From a virus (lineage: Duplodnaviria > Caudoviricetes): 50,978 bases of DNA. Location: positions 1 through 50,978 of the IMG/VR virus record IMGVR_UViG_3300023223_000589, one strand, 5' to 3'. The position numbers and the translations under genes were made by a program. Position 1 is the stretch's first letter. Each line of letters starts with the position of its first letter. Positions 29,146 to 40,500 of the stretch are shown here, piece by piece. The notes under the pieces were generated by a model. That model worked only from the letters and a program-made list of their open reading frames with translations, was not told where the DNA came from and did no database searches.

Positions 29146-29526
29146 ATGTCTTACAATAAAACAATTTCAGAAGGCCGCATGACCCGTGATCCTGAACTTG
29201 GACACACCGCAACCAAAACCCCGTATTGCAATTATGATATCGCCATGGATGACGGCTTTGGTAAAAACAAAAAAACCACCTATATAACCGTGACTTCCTG
29301 GGGTAAACAGGCTGAATTTGTAGCCAAAAGCTTCAAAAAAGGCGATGGAATATTAGTAGAGGGCAGACTATCGCAAGACCAATGGCCAGATAAAGTAACG
29401 GGAAAGACCAGGTATAGACACAGAATCACAGCGGAAAAAGTACAGTTCCCCGTGGGTTCAAAGAAACACGACTACAGCAACGAAGAAGAAACAGGGCAAG
29501 AAGAAGCAACACCGCCGAGCTGGTAG
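29146..29526 (+). CDS. ssb: Single-stranded DNA-binding protein
   Basis: GRMTRDPEL, WGKQAE, KGDGILVEGRL, acidic tail. Confidence 0.95.
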   Translation: MSYNKTISEGRMTRDPELGHTATKTPYCNYDIAMDDGFGKNKKTTYITVTSWGKQAEFVAKSFKKGDGILVEGRLSQDQWPDKVTGKTRYRHRITAEKVQFPVGSKKHDYSNEEETGQEEATPPSW

Positions 29527-29573
29527 ATAATTGGAAAAACTCGGCGGAATACCCCTTTGAGATGAAAAAAGTT

Positions 29574-29606
29574 AAGGCCCTAGAGAAAAACTTTAGGGCT
29601 TTTTTT
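29574..29606 (+). terminator. Rho-independent terminator
   Basis: GCCCTAGAG/CTTTAGGGC stem + T7. Confidence 0.8.
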
Positions 29607-29680
29607 AATTTACTATAAAATATTACAGGTCCATTTACTTTGAATGGATTACGCATTAAAATAGGTTAGAGATAAAGGAG

Positions 29681-30040
29681 GTGGGAGAGATGGCCACATT
29701 AGATTTAAAGACGACTAAAAGTAAGGTTGAATGGTGCCTTATAAACAGGAAGGGCACACGGGGCGACGATATGATTCTAGCTCTGACACTTTGGAAGAAC
29801 TTTCATAGATCGGATTTTGAGAATTTACTCAAAATAAGTTTAACCGCATTAGAAATTGATTTACCTCGATTGTTGCAAGAAAAATCGACCGGCAACATGG
29901 GGAAACTACCCTCATTTGAATCATGCCGTAGGCTCCGGCAAAAATTTAACGAAAACGGACAATATTTACCAGATGACGAAACAGTACTAAAGAGAAGGGG
30001 CAAGATATCCGAAGTTAGAGACTATGTACAAAAAGAATGA
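29681..30040 (+). CDS. Hypothetical phage protein
   Basis: AAGGAG RBS region; ORF track. Confidence 0.7.
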   Translation: MGEMATLDLKTTKSKVEWCLINRKGTRGDDMILALTLWKNFHRSDFENLLKISLTALEIDLPRLLQEKSTGNMGKLPSFESCRRLRQKFNENGQYLPDDETVLKRRGKISEVRDYVQKE

Positions 30041-30061
30041 TTAAAAAAATTTAAAATAGTC

Positions 30062-30103
30062 CTGTAAAATATTACAGTATCTTGTATAATAGACTTATTG
30101 AAA
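30062..30103 (+). promoter_or_regulatory. Promoter with box CTGTAAAATATTACAG + TATAAT + TATTGAAA
   Basis: Repeated architecture. Confidence 0.75.
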
Positions 30104-32669
30104 GTGAAAGGAAAACATGAAAATCATAACATTTATAACGCCGGCACAAGAACGCCACACATGCCCCGAAGACCATTTAGATATTTTAGCTCTTGAGAAA
30201 TATAAGCAAGCTGATAATGGGACTTATGTGCCTGGTCCTGATTTAGAAAACTACGAGGCCGGAAAGTGGCCTTTGGCAATTGTTGGAGGAATATAAATTG
30301 AAATCTGAAATAGACGGAACTTGTGATAACTGTGATTCATCAACAAAGGTTAGCGAGGTACGTTTAGACACCGGAGATAATAGTAAAAAACAGGATTTAT
30401 GTGAATACTGTGTAAATATGGATGAGCCGGAATCCGTACCGTCTAGAGATTTATCAAGAATGATGAATGTTTTAGAGGCAAGGTTATCAGTGCGAAATGC
30501 CTCAAAAGAATTAATTAGTGAAAACGAGGCGTTGAAATTAAAAATAGGTTCACATATAACTTTGTTAGGTGACATAAAGTCAGAGGTAGCAGCAAACGCA
30601 AATAAAGGGCTTACTAAAAAAGATAATCAATTAAATAATGTTTATAAATTAACTGAGAAAGGTTTGAAAATATGAATAAGAATAAATATATAACTATAGC
30701 CATGGTCGCATTGTTTGTGGCCGTGTTTTTATTGATGAAAAATTGTAACACCGTTCCACCGATGGGATATTAGAATGATAAAGATTGGACCGTTTAGGCT
30801 TGGGGAAAATTACGTTATGTGTCTTGAATGTGGCACCGGGTTACATAGAGATATGTTTAATAATGATGATGAAGAAGGTTTTGATAAGGCAAAAACTGAG
30901 TTTGTTATGGGTCATATGAAGAAGTGTGAAGGTAAGGATGAATAAACCCGAATCAATGACAGAAGCTAGTTCAAAAGCAATCGCAGCATTAACCGCTTGG
31001 GAGGTGATCAATGGATAAAGAACCAGAGAATAAGCCAAAGCCAACAATTGTTAAAATAATCATCAACAACTCAAAAATGGAAATGACATTTTACAAGGAT
31101 GATTCCGAGTTAGTCGAGACTACTATTGCATGGGTGACTAAGAAATTGAGGGCGGTGGTTGATAATGGATAAGCCGAAATTGTGTGAAATATGTAACAAA
31201 CCAGATAAGCCCCTCTATGGTTTTAAGACCGATCTCAGATTGAATAGTAAGGTCAATAAATTGATATGTTCAGGCTGTGAGGGTGGATTGTATACAACGA
31301 GACAGGATATTGATTGTGAAGCCTAAAAGCAAGCCGTGGTGGAGATTTTGGAGATGAAACGAACCTGTAATGGATGCGTAGCCCACAGGGTTTTACTTGA
31401 TTATCCCAATAGAGATGGATGCTCACTCGGCTACCACTATTTAACAACCCCTTATAAATCAAAGGAACACAAGGGATTCACGTTCTATAGGTTCAAGCCT
31501 TTAGAGGAATGCCCCAAGCCGAAAACGTGGAAGCAATTGGGCCAATGCGAAATAAAAAAATGGACCAAGAAACGTCAAGATGAATTGGAAAACCCAAAAA
31601 CAACCAACGAAGGAGATGATTGTGAGTGATCAACCAAACGTAGACAGCTTAATTAGTCAACTACAAACCATACAAAGCAAGGGGATGATGGCACAAACTA
31701 TCTTGCGACAACAAATACCACCAACACCACAGGTAGACCAGTGGGTACATGAAATGTTTTTTGATTGGTTGCAAGAAGAAGTGGATAGCATAGTAGAAGC
31801 CTATAACAAAACCCCAACCGAGAATTGAAAGGAGATTAGTGTGAGTGATAATAAACCAGTGCATGATTTTTCAGATTTACCAGCGCAGCACATAGTTAAC
31901 CCCCAGCAAAGTGAGTATGACAGAAAATTAGGGATTGTTACTTCTTGGGATCGATCATGAAACCCAAATCAGAAGCCGAGCTTATACGATTTGCAGCAGT
32001 TGAGATTATGGGCTATATCTGGGTTGAATCTTTGAAGATGTACATCCCTCATGAAAATTCTAGTGCGCTGATAGATTGGTCGCCACTCTCAGACCCCGGA
32101 GCCTATCAGCTTGAACTTATTGAGGCTGCATTACCTAAAGAAATTGAAGTTAGATATGAGCGTCAATATTGGGATGATTCGATAATGGTTAAGGTGACAA
32201 TATTTAAACATGATCATTCTCTTTTATCTCAGCACCATATTATGAACCCAACAACAGCCCAAATCCGCCTCTGCAAGCTAACCTGTTTTGTCGAGGGTTT
32301 TGAGAAATATTTGGAGGTGAGTAGATGAAAATCACTTTAACAAAAGATGAATTAAAATGGTTGAGTGGCGTAGTGGGCTATGAGCGTAACAGTTTAATGG
32401 AAAACTTAGACGGTGAAGCTAGAGGTGACTATGCCAGTGATCCAGAACATGAAAAAGAAGATAAGCACAATTACACTTTAGCCGTTTCGATAAGTAGAAA
32501 GCTAGGAAAATGACCCCGCACCAACCCCTAAAACTCTCTAAATTAACAGATCAAGAACTTGTTGAAAAATGTTATGGATATACATTGATAGATGGTGTTT
32601 TTTGGAAACTAGATTATGAGGCAAGGCCTTGGTATTCAATTGACCGTAAAGCTGTGGAGGATTCTTTAA

Positions 32670-32924
32670 ATGAATAGCCAACCCCTAAAACCAGAACTTC
32701 TTCCCTGCCCATTCTGTGGATCTATAGAAGAGCGATTGTACCACCATAAACAATCATGTTTTCTCTATATCATCTCTGGCCCTATGGACAGATTTAGATA
32801 TTCGATTAGTGATGTCAGATTTATAAATGCATGGAATGCCCGAACCCATAACGCCAAGGTCACAATCTCAGATACAGATTTACTTGGAAATGAATGCCCG
32901 AAACCCCGAGAACGAAAAGAGTGA
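32670..32924 (+). CDS. Lar-like restriction-alleviation family protein
   Basis: LLPCPFCG...AWNAR motif. Confidence 0.6.
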   Translation: MNSQPLKPELLPCPFCGSIEERLYHHKQSCFLYIISGPMDRFRYSISDVRFINAWNARTHNAKVTISDTDLLGNECPKPRERKE

Positions 32925-33199
32925 TGATGAGCAGTGAAGACCAAGAGAAAACAGCAGTTAAAATATTCAACAAGACTATGTTGGCAAAACTACGAGAGAA
33001 TGCACATAAACCACATTGGGAAAAAGAAAGGCTAGATGATTTACTGGAATGTTTACAGGACGAAGTTGAAGAATTAACTTCAATCCTTGACGATAATCGC
33101 TACACAATGGAACAGGTGCACGATGTTATGCGTGAATGCGCTGATGTGGCAAATTTTGCAATGATGATTCATGACAACGTTAGAAAAGAGGATTACTAA
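32924..33199 (+). CDS. MazG-like nucleotide pyrophosphohydrolase fold protein
   Basis: LQDEVEEL...ECADVANFAMMI. Confidence 0.65.
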   Translation: MMSSEDQEKTAVKIFNKTMLAKLRENAHKPHWEKERLDDLLECLQDEVEELTSILDDNRYTMEQVHDVMRECADVANFAMMIHDNVRKEDY

Positions 33200-34532
33200 T
33201 GAATAACCCCAAACCGAGTGCGGAAGATGCGCCGATTAGTACTGAAACCATGTGTAAAAGCATACAAGCAACAATTGATAACGAAATCAATGGGAGCAAA
33301 CGTTTCCTTTTGGAAAAGGTAAAAGAACACGTACAAGCGCAACAGGAAACGATTGAGAAGGCTATTGAAATTCTACAGCCAATAAGAACGATGCGCTTTG
33401 ACCTGTTAGAAAATAGGACGAAGACTATAGTGGCTGAAGCACTAGCACAATTGGAGGAAAAGAAATGATAAGTAGATTCATAAATAATCACATACAACCC
33501 CTATTCATCTTACACGCTATTCATGTGATTAAAGCCCAACATTGTTGGTGTAATATGAACCACCCTATGCAGGGCAGGTATAACACATGTAATCGATGCG
33601 AAACAATTTCAAAATTAGAGCATGAATTAAAGGAAAAGAAATCATGAGTAATTTAAAACATTGTCTAAACGGAAAACACCCCATACCAAAAGACGACTAT
33701 TATTGTGAACAATGCGGGGATAATTGGGAAGGTGACGAAACGGGGAAATGGGCAGAGCATTATTTTCAACATTGCCAAACTCTCGAAGTTGAAAACCAAA
33801 CCCTCACCGACAAGGTGGAGGCGCTGGAAGAAAGTTTAGTTACAAAAGAAGCGGAAATAAGGTTTTGTATAGGCACTGTGAAAAATTATGACGGTAAAAT
33901 TAAAACCCTCACCGCTGAAGTGGCCAAGTTGAAAGAAAGATTGGAAGAGCATGACAAGCAACATGGTTTTCGCTCAATGTCAGCAGCGTTAGTTGACTTC
34001 ATCGTTACGAATTTAAAATCTGATGCAGACCCAAGTTTTTTATTGAAGTTGCATAAATTCGCAACTGATGTAAAAGCCCTAAAAGAAAGCGGTAACTAGA
34101 TGGAAAAGAAACATACGGCAGAGCCCTGGGACGAAGGCTGTGGAACTAAAATAGTTGGTGAATTGTCTTACAAATACCGTGAGTTATCTGAGGTCGATTG
34201 GGAACGATCCAAAGTTTGCGTCAACGCCCTAGCAGGTATCGAAGATGTGGAGGGGTTTATGGAGAAGGTAGAAACAGCCTTAACAAGAATAGGTAGAATG
34301 GCTGGAAGTACTGCCAGTGAGCTTGAGAATGATATGTCAAACGTAGCCAATGAAGCCCTTGCCCTCTTCCCGACACCCGCAGAAGAGAAAGGAAGCAACC
34401 AATCAAATAAATAACAATCCAAACAATTCCCCCAATTTCCACTATAAAAAACATATTTATTTATAAGCCTAAAAAACCGTAATCATATGTATTGTATTAG
34501 TGATATAACCTTAATAAATTCGGAGGCCAAAT

Positions 34533-34733
34533 ATGTATCTTATAGACAGGAAATTGTTGAGTAAAAAATACTTAACCGTCTATAAAACTGTAATAAGATG
34601 TAACAAACAAATTCACAGGCCTAAAATATACACTTCTCTTGATATTCAAAACAACGCCGCAGAATCCCCTCAAGAAATTTCAATAAAAATACTAAAGAAT
34701 CTTGATAAGTTAAATTCTAAGGATAAAATATAG
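34533..34733 (+). CDS. Hypothetical protein, 66 aa, stand-alone unit
   Basis: GGAGG RBS; own downstream terminator. Confidence 0.55.
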   Translation: MYLIDRKLLSKKYLTVYKTVIRCNKQIHRPKIYTSLDIQNNAAESPQEISIKILKNLDKLNSKDKI

Positions 34734-34768
34734 TCTTCATAAAGAGTCTATCTCACTCATAAATCTTG

Positions 34769-34798
34769 CCCCTGGTTCTTTGGATCAGGGGTTTTTTT
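34769..34798 (+). terminator. Rho-independent terminator
   Basis: CCCCTGGT/ATCAGGGG stem + T7. Confidence 0.8.
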
Positions 34799-34834
34799 AT
34801 TTTATATAAAAGTTGAAATGTTACTTTAGGTTTG

Positions 34835-34864
34835 TTGACAACTACCTTTAAGTTTGTGTATTAT
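34835..34864 (+). promoter_or_regulatory. Sigma70-type promoter for the replication operon
   Basis: TTGACA-N18-TATTAT. Confidence 0.6.
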
Positions 34865-35006
34865 TTGAAAAGTTAGACATATATAAAACTGCAAAATATT
34901 TTGAAAAACACCCCACCCTCAATAGAGGTTCATTTTTGCCTTTCGGCTTATATGTCTAACGCCCTTTAATGGGGGTGGGTCTATTTTTTTGAGAGAGAGG
35001 CCGATT

Positions 35007-35645
35007 ATGGCTAAAAATAAATTGAGAGTTTTAATAGGATGTGAATTTTCTGGAGTTGTCAGAAGGGCATTTAGAGCCCGGGGCCATGATGCTTGGAGTT
35101 GTGATTTATTGCCCAGTGACGACAATAGCCCCTTCCACCTCCGGGGTGACCTCCGGGGTGACCTCCGGGGTGACCTCCGGGGTGAATGGGATTTATTTAT
35201 AGCCCATCCCCCTTGTACGTTCTTATGTAGCTCTGGCCTTCATAGAAATAAAAACAATCCGGAGCGGGTAAAAGAGACAGGAAAAGCTATTGAATTCGTG
35301 AAATTGTTATTGGATTCACCTATCAAAAAAATAGCTCTTGAAAACCCAATTGGATGCATATCAACCAAAATAAGAAAGCCAGAACAAATAATTCAACCTT
35401 ATCAATATGGCCATAACGCTAGTAAATCTACCTGTTTTTGGCTTAAAAACTTACCTCTTTTGAACTATACAAAATGTGTTGAGCCGAGGGTGGTTTTTCA
35501 AAACGGTAAACCTTATATGAGGTGGGATAATCAGACCGATTCCGGCCAAAATAGGCTTCCACCCACTGAGGATCGTTGGGCTTTAAGGTCTATCACCTAT
35601 CAAGGGATTGCCGAGGCTATGGCTGAACAATGGGGAGGGGAATAA
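35007..35645 (+). CDS. Short C5-cytosine DNA methyltransferase-like protein
   Basis: VLIGCEFSG, AWSCD, AHPPC catalytic PC, ENP motif. Confidence 0.8.
   Translation: MAKNKLRVLIGCEFSGVVRRAFRARGHDAWSCDLLPSDDNSPFHLRGDLRGDLRGDLRGEWDLFIAHPPCTFLCSSGLHRNKNNPERVKETGKAIEFVKLLLDSPIKKIALENPIGCISTKIRKPEQIIQPYQYGHNASKSTCFWLKNLPLLNYTKCVEPRVVFQNGKPYMRWDNQTDSGQNRLPPTEDRWALRSITYQGIAEAMAEQWGGE
35137..35184 (+). repeat. Perfect tandem repeat (ACCTCCGGGGTG)x4
   Basis: Read directly; encodes LRGD repeats. Confidence 0.97.
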
Positions 35646-36520
35646 TGAGATCTAGAAATATAAAGCCTGGTGTAACTAAAAATGAAGATTTGGCTGATTT
35701 ACCATATGAAGCAAGATTATTATTCTGTTGGCTCCCTATGATGGCAGATTGGGAAGGCCGGCTAGAGGACAGGCCAAGGAAAATAAAAGCTGAATTACTA
35801 CCATTTGATAATGTAGATTCAGATCAGTTATTAACGGAACTACATCGGAAGGGCTTCATCATTAGATATGAAGTTGAGGGTTATGGTAAATTTATCTGGA
35901 TTCCAAATTTTAAAAAACACCAACACCCACATAAACAAGAGAGGGATAAACCGTCGGAAATACCAGAATTTAACTCAGAAAGTCATATTAACATCGATAA
36001 CGGAGTGATAACGGAAGAACTTCGGAAGTACGTCGGAAGTAAACGGGCTGATTCCCTTATACTGATTCCTGATACCGTATTCCTGAAAGATGGTGAAAAC
36101 GGCGCCGCCGGCGAATCTCTCACCGATGGTTTCACCAACACCAAACCAAAAAAACCAGAATTCGACGTTACAGCCATTCACAGGGTATTACAGTTCTTTT
36201 CAACGGAAATAAGGTTCACAGCCTCAAATTCGGCAAATCTACATTTCATTGAATTGGCCCTAAAAGCCGGAATTCCAGAGGAAAACCTAATTTTATCCAT
36301 AGAAAACTATAAAAAGCGCAAGGTTTTAGATGATGACGATCAAAAATTTTGGGTTGGGGCTAAGAAGTTTTTCGATCCAGACCATATTAATTTTTGCTTA
36401 TTAGATTCATATTTAGCCCAAAAAAAGACGGAAAAACAGGAAGAAGACGATAATCTAGACAAAATGCTAAAAGATGTCATGGAGAGAAAGAGTAAAGAAA
36501 ATGCCTCAAAACAACGATAA
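35645..36520 (+). CDS. Replication initiator (lambda O/DnaD-like)
   Basis: MRSRNIKPG...ADWEGR...IPNFKKHQ N-domain; central low-complexity linker with iterons. Confidence 0.8.
   Translation: MRSRNIKPGVTKNEDLADLPYEARLLFCWLPMMADWEGRLEDRPRKIKAELLPFDNVDSDQLLTELHRKGFIIRYEVEGYGKFIWIPNFKKHQHPHKQERDKPSEIPEFNSESHINIDNGVITEELRKYVGSKRADSLILIPDTVFLKDGENGAAGESLTDGFTNTKPKKPEFDVTAIHRVLQFFSTEIRFTASNSANLHFIELALKAGIPEENLILSIENYKKRKVLDDDDQKFWVGAKKFFDPDHINFCLLDSYLAQKKTEKQEEDDNLDKMLKDVMERKSKENASKQR
35997..36086 (+). promoter_or_regulatory. Putative replication origin (iterons inside the initiator gene)
   Basis: CGG(AAG) at 36001, 36012, 36023, 36034, 36044, then ATTCC(T) repeats. Confidence 0.6.
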
Positions 36521-37028
36521 CGCAGAAACAAAGCTAGACCTCGTCACCTTCAAACGCTTCGTAAGCTTATTCAAAGCCCGTTATAGCGATAGAAAGATGA
36601 ATGATGATACAGCTTCCCTTTTCTTTGAAAAGTGCGGTCATATCAGCTCTGATGAGTTCCAGCATGTAACGGATCTGATGATAGGCAAGCGAGATAAGGC
36701 CTTTACCTGGTTCAACGTGATTGAGGCCCATAACTCAATATTCAACAATTCGGAAAATCTGACCATGGAAGAAATTAACGATTGGAAAAATCAGGCCATG
36801 GCGGGCGATCAAAGCGACCGGAAACTTTTAGTCCAGTTGATGAATGAAATTATTACTAAAGTGGGCGGTGGAAAAATAAACGGAGATTGGCGCCAAGACT
36901 ACGCTAAAAAATTCGTTGCCGTTGTTGGTGAGGCCGAAGCCCGTAGGCAATTACCAAGTCTAAAAGAATTTGACAAAGTGTTTGGTGATACTATTTTATC
37001 ACTACTTCCCGTAAGATCTTCTTTTTAG
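36501..37028 (+). CDS. Putative helicase loader/inhibitor (P/G39P position)
   Basis: Overlaps the initiator stop; synteny only. Confidence 0.45.
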   Translation: MPQNNDNAETKLDLVTFKRFVSLFKARYSDRKMNDDTASLFFEKCGHISSDEFQHVTDLMIGKRDKAFTWFNVIEAHNSIFNNSENLTMEEINDWKNQAMAGDQSDRKLLVQLMNEIITKVGGGKINGDWRQDYAKKFVAVVGEAEARRQLPSLKEFDKVFGDTILSLLPVRSSF

Positions 37029-37111
37029 CCCCTAATTGCATCTTATGCTTATAAAGTGTTATCATTACAATATGGAGCAAATGGAACACTTGAGGCAATT
37101 GGAACAAAATT

Positions 37112-37546
37112 ATGGCTACCACGGAAAAAGTAAAAACCGGTACTGATTTTACTGTAAAAATAGACATGACCCTTGAAGTTGAGGTTGTCACAAACCTAAC
37201 TCAAATTTTTATTGAATTTTATTACGAACTTAATGGGAAAATTACCCCGTTTTCATTCTTCGCTAAAGACTTGGCTGACCAAAGTATTATTGATAGGGCC
37301 AATGAATTAGGTGTAACCGTTCACCAAATGCTTTTTGAGGGTGAAATAATTGTGTGTGATATCCCAAAGGAAGACACCGACACCTTAAAAATTAACCAAT
37401 GTAATGAAGTTGCCGTTTTTGCCGAAGTTTCTTTTGTTGATTCTGATGATGAGGTTCAAAAATTCACTGAAAAAGATGATGAAGGGAACGAGTGCGATAA
37501 GTTTATTGTGATATTGGAAAAATCTGTTACTGAGAAATGGCTCTAA
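37112..37546 (+). CDS. Acidic beta-rich protein (BppU-N/Ig-like fibre adaptor?)
   Basis: Composition; abuts the fibre gene. Confidence 0.4.
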   Translation: MATTEKVKTGTDFTVKIDMTLEVEVVTNLTQIFIEFYYELNGKITPFSFFAKDLADQSIIDRANELGVTVHQMLFEGEIIVCDIPKEDTDTLKINQCNEVAVFAEVSFVDSDDEVQKFTEKDDEGNECDKFIVILEKSVTEKWL

Positions 37547-40500
37547 ATGTTTTTAGAACAACTTGGAACAGGTAGACCCCCGGTACATAATCAAACCATA
37601 GGCCTTCAAGGCGGTGCTCTTGGTGATTTTTTCCACTTGTCAGCGGCAGAGCTTTCCGATGTTCAAGATATTTCAGGTCATATTGGTGATTCAAGTATCC
37701 ATTTTACAGAAGGTAGTATTGATCATTTAAACATTCAGAACATTGGCACAAATTCACACGCTCAAATTGATACCCACATAGGCACCTCAAATATACACTT
37801 TACAGAGGTAAGTATTGACCATACCAACATCCAAGGTATAGGGGTCAACACACACATACAAATTGATAGCCATATATCAAGCACTTCAAACCCGCATACC
37901 GTCACAGCTTCACAACTGACAGATTTTTCGACAGAGTTTGATAGTAATTTCTCAGGAAAATCAACAACTGATTTATCAGAAGGCACAAATCTTTATTACA
38001 CAGAAGTCAGGGTTTCAGCTAATGTTGATGTTGCGGCAAACTCAGCCCATAGGACAAACATAGGGCTAGATCAACACACACAATATATTTTAGTTGATGG
38101 AACTAGATCTTTTTCAGGGGTTATTAGTGGCGTTACACCAACGGCACCTTCACACTTGACGACAAAAGGTTATGTTGACGGTTTGGTAAGCGGTATTGTT
38201 TGGCAAGAGCCGGTAATAGATAAAGATTTAGCGACACCCCCGGTTTCACCCACATTAGACGACAGATATATCGTTGCTTCTGTGGGTACTGGTGCCTGGA
38301 CAGGTCAAGAAGATAATATTGCTCAGTGGAACGGTTCAAGTTGGGACTTCACAACACCAACGGAGGGGTTTGCCTCTTGGGTAGAAGATGAAGATAAGGT
38401 TTATATATTTGTTACAGCTTGGCAGATTTTCGGCAGTGTTATAGATCACCAAAATTTAATTGGTGCCGGAACTAATACACACGCTCAAATCGATACACAT
38501 ATTGCAGATATGAATAATCCGCACGGTGTAACGACGACACAAATTGGCGCTATTGGTGGATCGATCACAGATAATCAAGTGGCCGTTGGGGCTTCTACCG
38601 CTAACGAGATTGAAGGCACTAGTTCTTTGATGTGGGATGGCAGTAGTAGCGTATTTACAGTTCTTGGTCATATTAAAACACCCGGTACTGTCTCTATAGG
38701 GGACAATGTGCCAACAGGTGGCGGTGCTTTCTCCACTTTAATCGGTCCAGGTGCGGGGCAGAACTCTACCGGCGATAGGCGGGTTGATATTGGGCTCCAG
38801 GCGGGGTTGGCCGGTGGTTTGGACGACGGAATCGCTATCGGTTGTGGGGCTTCATTTAGCGGCCAAGGTATCCGTGGTATATCGATAGGTTTTGAATGTG
38901 CCCCGGGTCAAGGGGCGGGGTCAATAGCTATCGGGGCACTAGTCGCTAGAACTTCGCCACAGGCTGCAAACGGAATTATTATTTCGTCTACAGGGGTAAC
39001 TGAAAACAACACAACACCCGGACACATTGTTTTTGCAAGCACTTTAGCAAGTCTTAAATACGATGGCACACTATGGACCTTCTTAGGCGGTGATGTAAAA
39101 ATAGTAAGTACTCTTCTTACAGCTACTACTAATTTTTATATTGGATCTACTGGTGTTACAAACCAAGGTAGTAATTCCATAGCACTGGGCCGGCTAAGTG
39201 GGTCTACGGACATGGCCTCAAATTCCGTGGCGATTGGAAATGAAGCGGGTCAAACATCGTTAAGCGGAAATTCTGTAGCAATCGGGAATTGCGCTAGTGA
39301 AACAAACGCTTCAAATGAAACAATTAGTATAGGCCATAATTCGGGCCAATCGGGAAAGGGGAGCGGAAGTATTAGCCTCGGGCATAACTCTGGCAAATTA
39401 AACCAGGGCTCTTTGGGCATTATTATTTCTTCTTCAGGTGTTGATGAAAACCAAACAAGTACCGGCCACATAACTATAATTTCATCCCTCGCATCAATGA
39501 AGTACAACAGTTCAACCGATGTTTTCACCTTTAGCAAAGGTATAACAACCAACGGCGTACTGGACGTAACCGATGCCACTAATAGCACAAGTTCTTCTAC
39601 TGGCTCAATACATACTGCTGGTGGTCTAGGTGTTACTAAAGACCTTTTTGTAGGGTCTATGATTGGAATCGGCGTAGTGCCTACAAGACCTTTATCCATA
39701 GAGGCTTCATCCACTCCAACGGCGAGATTTACAAATACTGCAACTTCAGGCCCGTTAGGTGGTGCCGGTATTCTTTATATAGCCGACGATGGTGCGGCTT
39801 TAGGTACAGGGGATAGGTTAGGATTTTCTGTTTTTGGGGGTTCAATAGATGCGCTTGCAACACATCATAATGCGACTGCTATTTCTAGTTTTACTACAGA
39901 GAATTGGGGCGTATCAAATGGCGGCGCTGAGATTCGATTTGAGACAACCCCAAACGGTTCCACAACAAGACAAGATAGGTTGATAATTGGTAACGATGGC
40001 GCCATCACAATAAACGGTAACACCACAATAAACGCCAATACAAGTTTACTGGGCGGTTTACAGCAATTGGTGACAATATCAGCGGCAGCGGCACATAGCG
40101 TTTTAAAGACAACAAGCCTTATAGAGCTTGACACTACGTTAAATAACATCGTAGCGACACTGCCGGCGATTGTCTCAGGGAGCGCAGACAACGGGCGGAG
40201 GTTCACATTTTTCCGCCAAACATCACCTTTGAATCAAGTAAACCTTACACCTCAAGCACCGTCTACAATTCGGGGAGAATCAACCGATATTATTTTGGGC
40301 TTAAAATCCGATTCTATTACCTTGCTTGCTGTAGCCGGTAATTGGTTTCCTATTGATAGAAATACATTTGCCATTGCCGTATTAGACCAACTGACTCCCG
40401 GTGCGGTTCAATTAATCCCAACTGTAACCCCTGCCATTGTTACGGCGTTTGATACAGATTTATTTGAAACCAATGGTATTTTAAACTCAGACCATACATC

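Larger units (their letters stand above)
30117..34414 (+). other. Tightly packed cluster of ~20 small accessory ORFs (several Cys/Zn-finger-like)
   Basis: Overlapping stop/start codons with GGAG/GAGG RBSs, e.g. 30117-30296, 30775-30945, 31957-32328, 33199-33468, 33644-34099, 34100-34414. Confidence 0.8.
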
